Part shown: piece by piece, positions 46,369-58,786 of the stretch | Layout: each line of letters begins with the position of its first letter | Position numbering within the stretch: position 1 is the stretch's first letter | Origin: Tubulanus polymorphus | Taxonomy: Eukaryota; Animalia; Nemertea | Length of the DNA: 64,000 nucleotides | Assembly: GCF_964204645.1 (NCBI RefSeq) | Contig: NC_134026.1 | Coordinates: 15,162,150 to 15,226,149, forward strand | Direction of reading: 5' to 3' | Made by a program: the position numbers and the translations under genes | Notes under the pieces: model-generated | Told to the model about the DNA's origin: nothing | What the model saw: the letters and a program-made list of their open reading frames with translations, nothing else | Database searches by the model: none

Positions 46369-49300
46369 GCTGTATCCTTAATTCCTGTAATGGAGGACGC
46401 AATCTTGTTGCGGCAAACAGTACAAATAGCTAGAAAAAGCAACAATAGTCCATTGGCAAACTTAAAGCAAGCGTAAATTGGTTGTTTAGGTTTTTCGAAG
46501 GGGAGAATGTTTGGGAAAATTAATGTTTAATCATCATTGAGATATAGTTGAGCTGTACACAAGGAATTAGTTTGTAGTCCGATATCCGTGATTACCTCTG
46601 GCGTGGAGAGATACAATCTAAAACCAACCGTAGAGTCAAATATTTTACTACAATTTTTCATGATCAATAAAAAGATTAATAGACATTCCACTCCATTTTA
46701 AACTCATTTATCTTTACACAAACTCCAACTTGTTGAACATTTCAAAATCGCGTGGCTTGAATTATTACGATAACTAAAATTAGGGACCACGATACTTGCT
46801 CATCTACACTGGCTACCAACAGAGGATTGAATTTGAGTGTTTGATGTTGTAACAATACCATACTAAATTATGGATTCAGTTGCTACTTTTTGATTGAACA
46901 TTTATATCACATATTGGGCATCATTTTTACCAGTATATATGGAATAACCTATCCATATGTCAATTTTATATAATCTGACTTTTGAGATTCAATTAATGCA
47001 TTCATATGCGGTCGTAGCATTCAATAGCCATCACAGACTGGCTCTTTATTATTTCCTTAGCGATACCTTTGGCGGACGATCCCACGCGTTTCTTGCTCCT
47101 GCCCTAGAATTCTCAATATTCGTCATGGACCCCGATTTGAATTTTAATTCAAAAGACTCCTAAAATACACCAGTTTACTCGATTACTCTGAAGCGCCTTT
47201 GAACAAGAATCAGTGAAATTTGGGCTTTATCAGTTTTATTCATCATTCGAACCCACGAATCTCGTATCCTATGAATGGAGACCCATCCTCGTAAGAGAAT
47301 GAATAGGCTCTGTTGCGTTCATATCATTTATGATATCAATGAGGCTACGTTTCATCTTTAATTGTGATTTCAATTAAAGATGACACGATGCCTCATATCA
47401 TTATGTTATATTTTTTAAAGTGGGTGAGAATATATTCTTATGTTTTTATTTCTCTGAATGATGCTATTTAAGAGTTCAATTATTTCAGTCTACCAAACAC
47501 AGGATTATTCTGTATGTTCCGTGACCTGTCCTTCCATAACTTGCATTTTAGGTATTTTTCGTGGATGACTGAAAGCTGCTGTCCCTTTCTAGTAATTTGA
47601 TGATATCTGTCTAAATTTAAATTTTGAAAAGGGATCAGGCATATCTCCTTGTTTGACTAAGTATGAACTCAACTTTATGAGACACTCCCTTAAAAGGCGC
47701 CGAAGTAAAATCATGTGTCGAGTGGAGATCATATTGTATCAGAATTACTTCAAAATCGGAGAAAATTGAATATTTTGAAAATAATGAATTTATGTTTAAA
47801 TCCGTTACAACTGGAGCAATTTTCATAAAAAAATATCTATGGAATCAGCGAAATGTAATTAAGAAGAATACTATGTTTAACATGTTATCAATGACATTTG
47901 AAGAAAGTTTTCTGAATTCGTCAACTGTGAAACTAGTGTCAACCAGATGTGTTCCCATTATACAACCGACCGCGAGCCGAGTCGATGTGAGATGTGTCAT
48001 GATCGCAGTTCTGACATTTTGAATATATTGTGATATTTGAAATTATTAACTTATAGTTGGAATTATTAACTTCATTTCAATTGAATTATAATTTTGATAT
48101 TAAAAGCACCTTTTGGAATTAATATCATTGATATCAACAGTTAAGTAATAGTACTATGGATGCAACCCTTCTTATTATCCTCACATGTAAATTTCAAATG
48201 AACTGCTGTGTCCAAGTACCGTTGACCTGTTGATATCAGTACAGTTAAGCAAACAACCGGACATAGTCCAGTAATTAAAACATCCCAGGGGTTTGAAGGG
48301 ATGCCAAATTCTGAGCTGCAGAATCATGATATCATTCCTAAGGTTTCCTCCACTAAAATGACTAGTTTAAATCACGTGACCCCTGGTCCTGTGACATTTA
48401 GGTATAGAATACCCCTGAGTTTAACTTGCGGGGTTGGTTGGTTAAGATTGGACTTTGAACATACCAAAGCCAAAACTTTCAGGTCTAAAAATTCTTCTAC
48501 TGGTAGTCTGGATAAATAACAGTACGAACAAAATTGCGATATAAAAAATTGTTGGAATTGATTTGACTCTCTTATAATTAACTCATATATATCTTTGCGT
48601 GTGACGATTGACTACACCTATGAAATAAACTAACGTGATGTACCGAAGAACTTCGCTATTCAGGTTTTTTCGTGTTCTCGATTCCGGATCTTAAGATCTT
48701 ACAAGTTCATACATTGTGTGTTGACACCGTGCATCATCACAGATGTGGCCTACACTGAATATCGCAAGTGCTACCGCCGGTTTTTAGGTGCCTCTGAATT
48801 TAAAAAAACTGAACAATTGCCATTTGGAAAGGGCCTAGTTAGAGAAAATACTAGATGTGTATATCGTGTGATACATGCTCCATATTTCATGTGCGTTTGG
48901 AATTTAACCTTGTTTATAACGAAACACACATGTTTTATGCTATTTTAGATTAAAAAAGAGCCAATGATAGTGTTTTATGAGACCCTCAAATAACGTCAAC
49001 TTGAAATATTAACGAAACATTTTTTTGACGGAAATATCGTTACCATCGAATTTTCAAACTTGAAGGAATGGTTTAATGCCTTGGTGACCACTGGTCTAGT
49101 ACGCGGTTTTCTGAAACAAAAGTGGCCAAGTCGTAAGAACAACTATTGTAACAAATGATTTCAAATATTAGTTTGCCCAATGCGTTTAATGATTTAATTA
49201 ATTGGAATCGCGCTGATTGGTTGAAAGACGGATGTTAGTCATCGTGTGATATAATAGTTTTTTTTAAGCATTGATTAACCATAGATTTTAATCTTATCAT

Positions 49301-52300
49301 ATCTTATTTGTAGGCGCTTCCCGCAAACATTTTCTATTCGTTGAGTTTTCAAACGCAGTACTGTTCAGATGATTCAAGCTTCGAGTCAAGTAGTAAAAAA
49401 GTTTATGTATTAGCATTACTATGCAGTGAAAATAACGAACTGCGGCAAGTGAGGTGCTGTGATCCAGATGTGTAACCCATTTATGGGTAATAAATTTCCA
49501 TCATGTCGACGCTATTCACAACCAGTGGCAAAACATACTGCTGGTCTCTAGAATTATCAATACGACGACAAGCACTTTCGAATTCCGACCACGATATTCG
49601 AGAAGTTTCACTTGGGCAGTGGTGGAAAGTGATGGTCAATTTATGAATTTTCAATGGCGAATCCTTTCTGGTTTTACACCAAATGCGGTACCGGTATATC
49701 GTTCTTATATTCGAGAAGTTCAAATTGGTCAGTGGTGGTCAGTGATGGTCAATTTATGAATTTTCAATGGCGAATCTTTTCTAGTTTCACACAAAATGCG
49801 GTACCGGTATATCGTTCTTATATTCGAGAAGTTTAAATTGGTCAGTGGTGGTCAGTGATGGTCAATTTATGAATTTTCAATGGCGAATCCTTTCTAGTTT
49901 CATACCAAACGCGGTACCGGTATATCTTTCTCACATTTGAGAAATTTAAATTGGTCATTGGTGGTCAGTGATGGCCAATTCATGAATTTTTAATGGCGAA
50001 TCATTTCTAGTTTGACACCATAACGCGGTAGGCCTACGGTATATCTTTCTCATATTCGAGAAGTATGAATTGGTCAGTGGTGGTCAGTGATGGTCAATTT
50101 ATTAATTCTCAATATTTATGGCGAATCCTTTCTAGTTTGACATCATAACGCGGTATATCGTTCTCATATTCGAGAAGTTTGAATTGGTCAGTGGTGGTCA
50201 GTGATGGTCAGTTTATCGAATTTGCAATGATATTCCTTAGTAGTTTGAAAAGAAACATGACTTGAAAAACCGAAATTCGAAGTCAAGTGTTTGAGACTCG
50301 GGGATATCTCAATTGGTCAGTTTCTGACCATCGTGGTGTCACCATTGTGGTCTATAGCTCAAATGAAACATGTGGAACCGATGAAAGGGGCCCTAAAAGC
50401 GTAAGTCATTTCCTGAGTGATGTGATCCAAAAATGCCCTAGGCCTAACTGGAAAAGGCAGTCTCTCAATTGGACAACACCAAATCGGACAGGACAATTAA
50501 AATTTGGGAAGGCCACACGCTTTCTAGAAGCCCACGCGGTACACTTTTAGCGTATTATTATGAAATCTTTTTTTAAACCACCATGTACGATATGAAGTAA
50601 TAAGCATCGTTCATTATGAGAATGCCGGTTTGCTAGCGTATCTATTTAACACCCGTATTGCTCGGGTTAGTTTTACTATCAACGGGTGGCGCTGTATGTA
50701 AATTTCACATAAATCAACGACTTTCGGCTATTAGCGGTACTTAAGACCACTTGAAAACATCATAGTCAATTACGGTAGTAGTGAACATAAAAAGATACAG
50801 TACAAACATACAGTACGGTGTACAGTTAAGGACATGATTCCATAGGACCCATACCAGAGACATTTTGTTCAGATAAGGACTATTAGTTAAACACTAATCT
50901 TCATTTTCAGCAATTAACGATCTGGTGAATTAATTAGTGATTCGGTCTTTCGGTGGTTCGAGATAAAATGCCCGCAAAATAAGAACCTAACGAACCAGGG
51001 CTGACCACAAATTGCCCAACAGATAAATTTTCGAAACGACACAATCCAATCATGTTTGGTAACAAATGTGGCGTGGACCATGGTCTTTTAACTGACCAAT
51101 GCATGACCAGTACTGACCAAATAGTAAATTATTTGTTTGCAAACAATTAAGTTGTTTGGTGTCAAATATGATGTGGGCATTAATCTAAAAATTGTTTAGC
51201 TGACCAATGCTTGACCAGTACTGACCAGTTACCAGTGCTAGCCAGAACCCCCATAAGTAATTTATATGTTTAGTGAATCCTTCGTTGGTACTACTAGCTC
51301 TTACATTTAAATTTGTCGCTTGAAAAAGTCTTGTCCGATTTTTGTTGTAGGTAGCGAGCTAACTTTGAAATTCCGCTAAAATGCATAAGATTTTTACGTA
51401 GGGTTTTGAACGAACAACGTTTCCATTTGTAATTGTAACGTGCGCATTTGAGCCTGTAACGTGCACATTTCACTCGCGTGAACGTGCGTATCGGTACCAA
51501 CATGCGAGACTTGTCAAACTTTTACGATCAAGACTTTTAAACTGAACAAAGAAGATATCATATCATATTATATATACATGAATAGATGGAATGATAATGT
51601 AGTAGTTTTAAATGTTTCGTAGCTGCTGTCCACTGACCACAGATCAAAGCTAATTGCCTGATATGAAATATATTTTTGTTATAGAGATGTAGTAGATCAG
51701 TGAGAATTCAAACTTATGGTTAATTTTGAGTGATCACAATGCTAACCTATAGAGAAAGCTGTAAGTCCTAAGAAAATATGCATTAAGTATAACATATCTT
51801 TCAATATAATGATGAAGTATTCAACTAGCCATCACAACAATAGTTTGACTTATCTTATTGAAAAAACCGGAGTGTTAATGGGAAAACCTTGAATTCGAAA
51901 CAATTCCACACTCAATCGTTTACTTTGAAAACACAATTTTCATTTTGTGGACATGTATTTTTTTCTGCACCAAAAGCATGAAGTATATTATCTTTGCTTG
52001 TAAAAATTTGAAATTTTGGGGAAGATTTTTGGCCTCGTTAACCTGTGAACACGTCCTTCGTTTATTTTCTAAGACCGACCCTTGAAATAATGCTGAGAGT
52101 TCCGAGGATAATTTTGGTAGGATGTAAACCTAGGCTGCTTCGTATCCGTGGAGGGTTGCTAATACACAATAATCATAAGTACCATGAGATTCGATAGAAT
52201 ATCGTTTTTCAATCATACGTACACGAATCCGCGATATAAAGATAAATAATATGTTCATATACTTTTTACGTCTTATACTGTATATTTCTTTAGTAGTATA

Positions 52301-55300
52301 AATAAAGAGTGGATCAGCAGGCCACCTGAGACCATTCCACGATCTAAGGTCAGTTGCCAAAAGTTAGTAAGTTTACCAGTGGATAGTTAACATTTATAAT
52401 GACAATTAAATTTTCATTGCTAAAATAACTTTGTACTTGTTGACTCAAAAGCAGAGAATTGAAAATACGATAATACGATACGAAAACTCAGTGTACAAAT
52501 TCAAAAAGATTATCTCTAGTGAGAGATCGAACGTTGTGTCGTAATTTTCTAATGATAAAACATGGTTTGAAATTTGAAATGTGTACATAGTTGATCTTTT
52601 TCAATGTATTTAGTCATGTATCATATTGGATGATGGTTAATTTAAACTATCTTTTGAGAAACGGGTCCCAGAGCTGTATCCTTTACTCCTGTAATAGAGG
52701 ATGCAATCTATTTGCGACAAACAGCTAGTGCAAATAGCTAGAAAAGGTAACAATAGTGCATTGGCAAACTTAGAGCAAGCGTACATTGGTTGTTTAGGTT
52801 TTTCGAAGGGGAGAATTTGTGGGAAAATTAATCATTACTGAGATATATCCGTGGCGAGCTTTTCCAGGGATTTAAAAAGTTGAGCTGTACACAAGGAATT
52901 TTGTGTAGTCCAATATCCGTGATTACCTCTGGCGTGGAGAGATACAATCTAAAACCAACCCTAGAGTCAAATATTTTACCACAATTTTTTATGATCAATA
53001 AAAAGATTGAGTAATAGACATTCAAACAGTATTATCTAAATTCCACTCCATTTTAAACTCATTCATCTCTTCACAAACCCCAACTTGTTGAACAGTCCAC
53101 ATTAAAATTAGGGACCACTATTCTTGCTCATCTACACTGGCTACCAATCTAACAAAGGATTAAATTTGAGTGTTTGATGTTATAACAATATCAGACTGAA
53201 GTATGGATTCGGTTTCTACTTTTAATTGAACATTTATATCACATATAGGGCATCATTTTTACCAGTATATATTGAATAACCTATCCATATATCATCTTCA
53301 ATTTTATAAAATCTGACTTTTGAAATGTCATTCAATCAATGCATTCACATGCGGTCGTCGCTTTCAATAGCCACCACGGACTGGCTCCTTATTATTTCTT
53401 TGGTGATACCATTGGCAGACGATCCCACACGTTTCTTGCTCCAGCCCTAGAATGCTCAATATTCGTCATGAACCCCGATTTGAGTTTAAATTCAAAATAC
53501 TCCTAAAACACACCTGTTAACTAGATTACTCTAAAACACCTTTATGTGCAAGAATCAGTGAAATTGGCGCTTTATCAGTTGTATTCATCATTCGTACCCA
53601 CGAATCTCGTATCGTATCCTATTAATGTGGAGACCCATCCTCGTAAAGAGAATGAATAGGCTCTGTTGCGTTCATATCATTTGATATGAGGCTACGTGTC
53701 ATCTTCAATTGAAATCACGTTGTTTTTTTAAAGGGTGGGCGAGAATATATTCTTATGTTTTTGTTTCTCTGAATGTTGCTACGTATTTAAGAGTTCAATA
53801 ATTTCAGTCTACCAAACAAAGGATTTTCCGTATGTTTCGTGACATGTTTTTCCATAACCCTAGGAGAGCATTTTAGGTATTTTTTTGCGGATGACCGAAA
53901 GCTGCTGTCCCTTTCTAGTAATTTGATGATATCCGTCGAAATCTAAATTCTAAAAAGGAGTCAGGCATATCTTCTTTATTGACTAAATATGAACTCAACA
54001 ACAAGTGACACTCCCTTCAAAGGCGCCGAAGTAAAATCATGTGTCGAGTGGAGATGATATTGTGTCAGAATTTCTTCAAAATCGGAGAAAATTGAACATT
54101 TTAAAAATAATCATTTTACATTTATGTTTAAATCCGTTATAACTGGAGCAATTTTCATGAAAAAAATATCTATGGAATCAGCGAAATGTAATTAAGAGGA
54201 ATACTATGTTTAAAAAGTTATCAAAGACATTTGAAAAAAGTTTTCTGAATTCGTCAACTGTTAAACTAGTAACAACCAGATGTGTTCCCATTAAACCACC
54301 GACCGCGAGCCGAGTCGATGTGAGATGTGCCCTACACTGAAAATCTCAAGTGCTATACAACCGGTTTTTTAGGTGCCTCTGAATGTCGGCCGTTAAAAAA
54401 CTGAACAATTCCCATTTGGAAAGGGCCTACGTAGTTAGAGAAAATTCAAGATGTGTATATCGTATGAGATACAGGCTCCATATTTCATGTGCGTTTGGAA
54501 TTTAACCTTGTTTATAACGAAACACGCATGTATTTATGCTATTTTAGATTTAAAAAGAGCGCACGAAAGTGTTTCATGAGACCCGCAAATAACGTCAAGT
54601 TATTTATGCATTTTTGATTTATATGAATAAATTTCGCTTCGAAATCTTAAAATTTCTCAGGTGGATTATTCAATAAATTCACAACAGTCCATTATGGATT
54701 AGTTTGACGCCAATCGTTCTTTTAAAGATCTTTCTTTCTCGAAGAAAGATTTTCTTAAAAACTTTGATTATGGCGAATCTTTTATGTGTCCGATAGTTAA
54801 ACCTTCGGGTATTATACTAGAACACAAATTTTTAAAGATATTCATAACATACTGAAGGATATCACAGGTTATACCCGAACATATGCAGTTGGATAGATCT
54901 TTTTGTTTCGACTCGCATGCGACAGTAAAAACGGTACTTGAGATAATAAGTGAACTTCATCATTGATATTTTCACTAATCTACTTGAATTCCAAAAAAGA
55001 ACTGACAATGAAAAAGGGTTACAGACTGATATCGCTCCAAATTTCAATTCCTATGAACACTTTTAATATAAAGAAAACTATTAACGAAACAGTTTTTAGA
55101 GGCGAAGAATCCGCGTTACCATCGAATTTTCAAAACTTGAAGGAATGGTTAATGCCTCGGTGACCACTGGTCTAGTACGCGGTTTTCTGAAATGAAAGTG
55201 GCCAAGTCTAAAGAACAACTATTGTATCACATGATTTCAAATATTAGGAACTCAATGCGTTTAATGATTTAATTAATTGGTATCGCGCAGATTGGTTGAA

Positions 55301-56296
55301 AGACGGGTGTTAGTCACCTTGTGATTTAATTGTTTTTCATGCATCGATTAATTAATCTTATTATAACTTATTTGTAGGCGCATCCCGCAAACATTTTCTA
55401 TTCGTTGAGTTTTCAAACGCGGTACTGTTCAGATGATTCGAGTCAAGTAGTAAAAAAGTTTATGTATTAGCATTACTATGCAGTGAAAATAACGCACTGC
55501 GGCAAGTGAGGTGCTGTGATCCAGATGTGTAACCCATTTATGGGTAATAAATTTCCATCATGTCAACGCCATTCAAAAACAGTAGCAAAACTTTCTGCTG
55601 GTTTCTAGAAATAGCAATACGACGACAAGCACTTTCGAATTCGACCACGATATTTGAGAAGTTTCACTGGTGGTCAGAGATGGTCAATTTATGAATTTTA
55701 ATGGCGAATCCTTTCTAGTTTCACACCAAAAGCGGTACCGGTATATCGTTCTTTCAAGAAGTTTCAATTGGTCAGTGGTGGTCAGTGATGGTCAATTTAT
55801 GAATTTTCAGTGGCGAATCCTTTTTAGTTTGACACCATAACGCGGTATATCGTTTTCATATTCGAGAAGTTTGAATTGGTCATTGGTGGTCAGTGATGGT
55901 CAGTGATGAATTTGCAATGATGATTCCTTAGTGGTTTGAAAACAAACATTACATGATAAATTTACGAAATTCGAAGTCAAGTGGTCAGACTCGGGGATAT
56001 CTCAATTGGTCAGTTACTGACCATCATGGTGTCACCATTGTGGTCTAAGCTCAAATGAAACATGTGGAACCGACGAAGGGGCCCAAAAGCGTTAAGTCAT
56101 TTCCTGGAGTGACGTGATCCAAAAACGCCCTAACTGGAAAAGGCAGTCTCTCAATTGGATGAAACCAAATCGGACAGGACAATTAAAATTTGGGAAGGCC
56201 ACAGGTAGTGGTCTTTCTACGAAGCCCACGCGGTGAGCGTATTATTATGAAATCTTTTTTTAAACCACCATGTACCACGAAGTAATAAGCATCGTT
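46369..56296 (+). repeat. Diverged direct duplication of ~4 kb (46369-50611 and 52672-56296)
   Basis: Colinear match from gctgtatcctt to gaagtaataagcatcgtt. Copy-specific extra segments at ~47997-48745 and ~54600-55080. Confidence 0.92.
49595..50230 (+). repeat. ~115-bp tandem repeat (5-6 units; about 3 units in the duplicate at 55650-55915)
   Basis: Recurring aattggtcagtggtggtcagtgatggtcaatttatgaattttcaatggcgaatc. Confidence 0.9.
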
Positions 56297-56614
56297 GTAA
56301 GCACTTGAAACAGCCATTAACCACTTGAAACTGTCAGATCAAACATCATACCGCATCCCCGCAAAGAGGGGTGGTTCAGCAAACCGGAGTTTTCATTAGC
56401 CTCTCTAGACTACCCCGCCAGTACGGGTAGCCGAGCAAACCGGAAAACTCATAATGTTGTAAGCACTTGAAACACCCATTAACCACTTAAAACTGTCAGA
56501 TCAAACATCATACCGCATCCCCGCAAAGATGTGTAGTTCAGCAAACCGGAGTTTTCATTGGCCTCTCTAGACTACCCCGCCAGTACGGGTAGCCGAGCAA
56601 ACCGGAAAACTCAT
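56296..56614. repeat. Head-to-tail dimer of a 161-bp unit with GC hairpins
   Basis: ttgtaagcacttgaaac...gcaaaccggaaaactcata occurs at 56296 and 56457. Confidence 0.9.
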
Positions 56615-57145
56615 AGTGTACGCTACAACCTCTCGGCAATCCGTCGCTCAAGGACGAATATCCAAAAAGTTTGTACTGTATACCCTGAGCAGTAGGATTT
56701 TGTTACTGTCGTTTAATAGCTGGTTGATTAAAACGCGCTCGGGTTCGGGTCAGAGAGAGAGAGAGAGTAAAAGAAAAAAAAACTTCCTAGTTTTGCTTGT
56801 CGGTGTTGTTATGTGTAGAATCAGTGAGACTGAGTAAGGAAGAATAATATTGCAGGTAATGTGTGGAAAATGGCATTGGCCTTCGTCTAAAAGACAAAGA
56901 AGCACGCCGCTATTGCACTTCGTTCCGACGTTCGTACCGCTCCTGTAAAAATAAAATTTGGCGCTATTTTATTGCACTTTCGTACCCCCCCCCCTCCACC
57001 AGTCCACAGGGGCTCGTCACGATAGCTGGGGGTCCAAAATCAAAGATTTGACCCAGTATCCTAGGTACCACCTATAAAAAAGAAAAGGGAGCTAACATTT
57101 TGACATACTAGAATTGACCTCATTTCAATTGCTCATAACTTTGGT

Positions 57146-57546
57146 GTCATCCTTATTACCGAGATGGCGTATTTTACCGAGATCAACCGAGATGAAATTA
57201 AATATAACATATATATTTATTCCTTATCGTTTTTAACACTTGTAATCATGTTATATCAGTAATAAATACCTTCTGAAGTCATATTTTACATATTTTTGAC
57301 TTCAAATACCTTAACACGGTTAGCAATAAAATTTCATTGAATTTGATTGATCGACGATCTCATCTCGGTAAAGTTAAAAGTTATTTTTCTAGAAAAATAT
57401 CCGACGAAATATGTAAAATATGACTCCAGCAGGCATTTATTACTGATATAATATGATTTCAATTGTAAAAATCGATAAGGAATAAATGAATGTGTTATAT
57501 TTAATTTCATCTCGGTAAAATACGCCATCTAGGTAATAAGGATGAC
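57146..57546. mobile_element. Foldback MITE (~400 bp)
   Basis: gtcatccttattaccgagatggcgtattttaccgagat / atctcggtaaaatacgccatctaggtaataaggatgac; the arms extend more than 130 bp. Confidence 0.8.
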
Positions 57547-58786
57547 CGAAAACTTCGTTTCGTAACCCATCGACCGATTCGCACGAAATTGGTTTCGTTT
57601 CATTCCTAAGAGGTTACTTTTTCGTTTGAGACCTTCTGCCACAAGATCGGATAAGAGACACCTGAGAAATCACGACTCAAACCCCAAAAAAACGAGTCAA
57701 AATAGCCAAAGCCGGAATTACTAGGACGTCTTGGAGTTGTCGATTTCCGACGAAAAACGATGAGTTGATGCGGTTCCCGGACGTAAATCATCAGATATCA
57801 TACATCGCTGGAAAGCTTATGAACTGACCTTATTGAAAAACGCGTTTATTTAATAACCGTTCTAATACCGGCGACTGGCGAGCTGATAATCCAGATCGAT
57901 CCGGCTGCCAACCCTCCCGAATTATTCGGAACCCTCCCGATTTGCGTGAAGAAATTCCGACGATACGATCGGGTATACAAAATTCCGATTTTTTTTTTTT
58001 CCTTTTTCGGCCATGTCCGATTTTCCACCCGCCAGCGCGTTGTAACACAATATGATGACTTGGTAGAACAGAATTGAAAAGGTGGGGAATTTATATGCAC
58101 GCGGGCGGTGGATGATTGTGTCGCTATATATACTGTGTACGTGGTCGGGCGATAAACAGCGCTTACTAGCGCGCGTGTGTGTGTATGAGAGTAGCTGTGT
58201 TATTGATTTTATCTACGCATGGCACACGATTGTTTCGTTGTAGGAGAGCAGCTTCTTAATTCGTTACAAGAATCAAAATAAAGTTCATTCGTTTTAAAAT
58301 ACGTTGTTTTAAATCATTCTTGTGAAAATATTATTACATGTGGCAAAATGTGATCGTTATTGTCAAATTGCTCCGCATCGTTTCGGAGAAGAATCGGTTT
58401 ACTGCGGTAATTAGCTCGTTTTCGCAGCGCGATGAGCATTCGAAGATCCGGGTTAGATTCAACGTGTGGACTCGTTATTTGTGGTTGAAATGTTTCGGTA
58501 AGCAATTGCTTTGTTAGTTTGAACCTTAATGTTGTCACTCTTGTATTAGTTTGATTTAAAAAGATAATTTAAGATGCTTTTGAGCAGTGCATCTCAAAGT
58601 AAACTTTTAGTTCGCATATTTGGCAGATGACAGCACCATCGAGTTGCATGTAGATTTAGAGACTTTTTACTGTTTGTATCTTTCAGTTTCATACGTGGAG
58701 TCTCTCTGGGACAGTATCGTGGAATTAATGCCGGAAATTGATATATTCGCTTATTGCCATTTTCATGTCGTTTCTTCGTGAAACAG

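Noticed and set aside
56296-56614. Hammerhead ribozyme in the 161-bp unit
   Set aside because: No intact CUGANGA plus GAAA core with matching stems on either strand.
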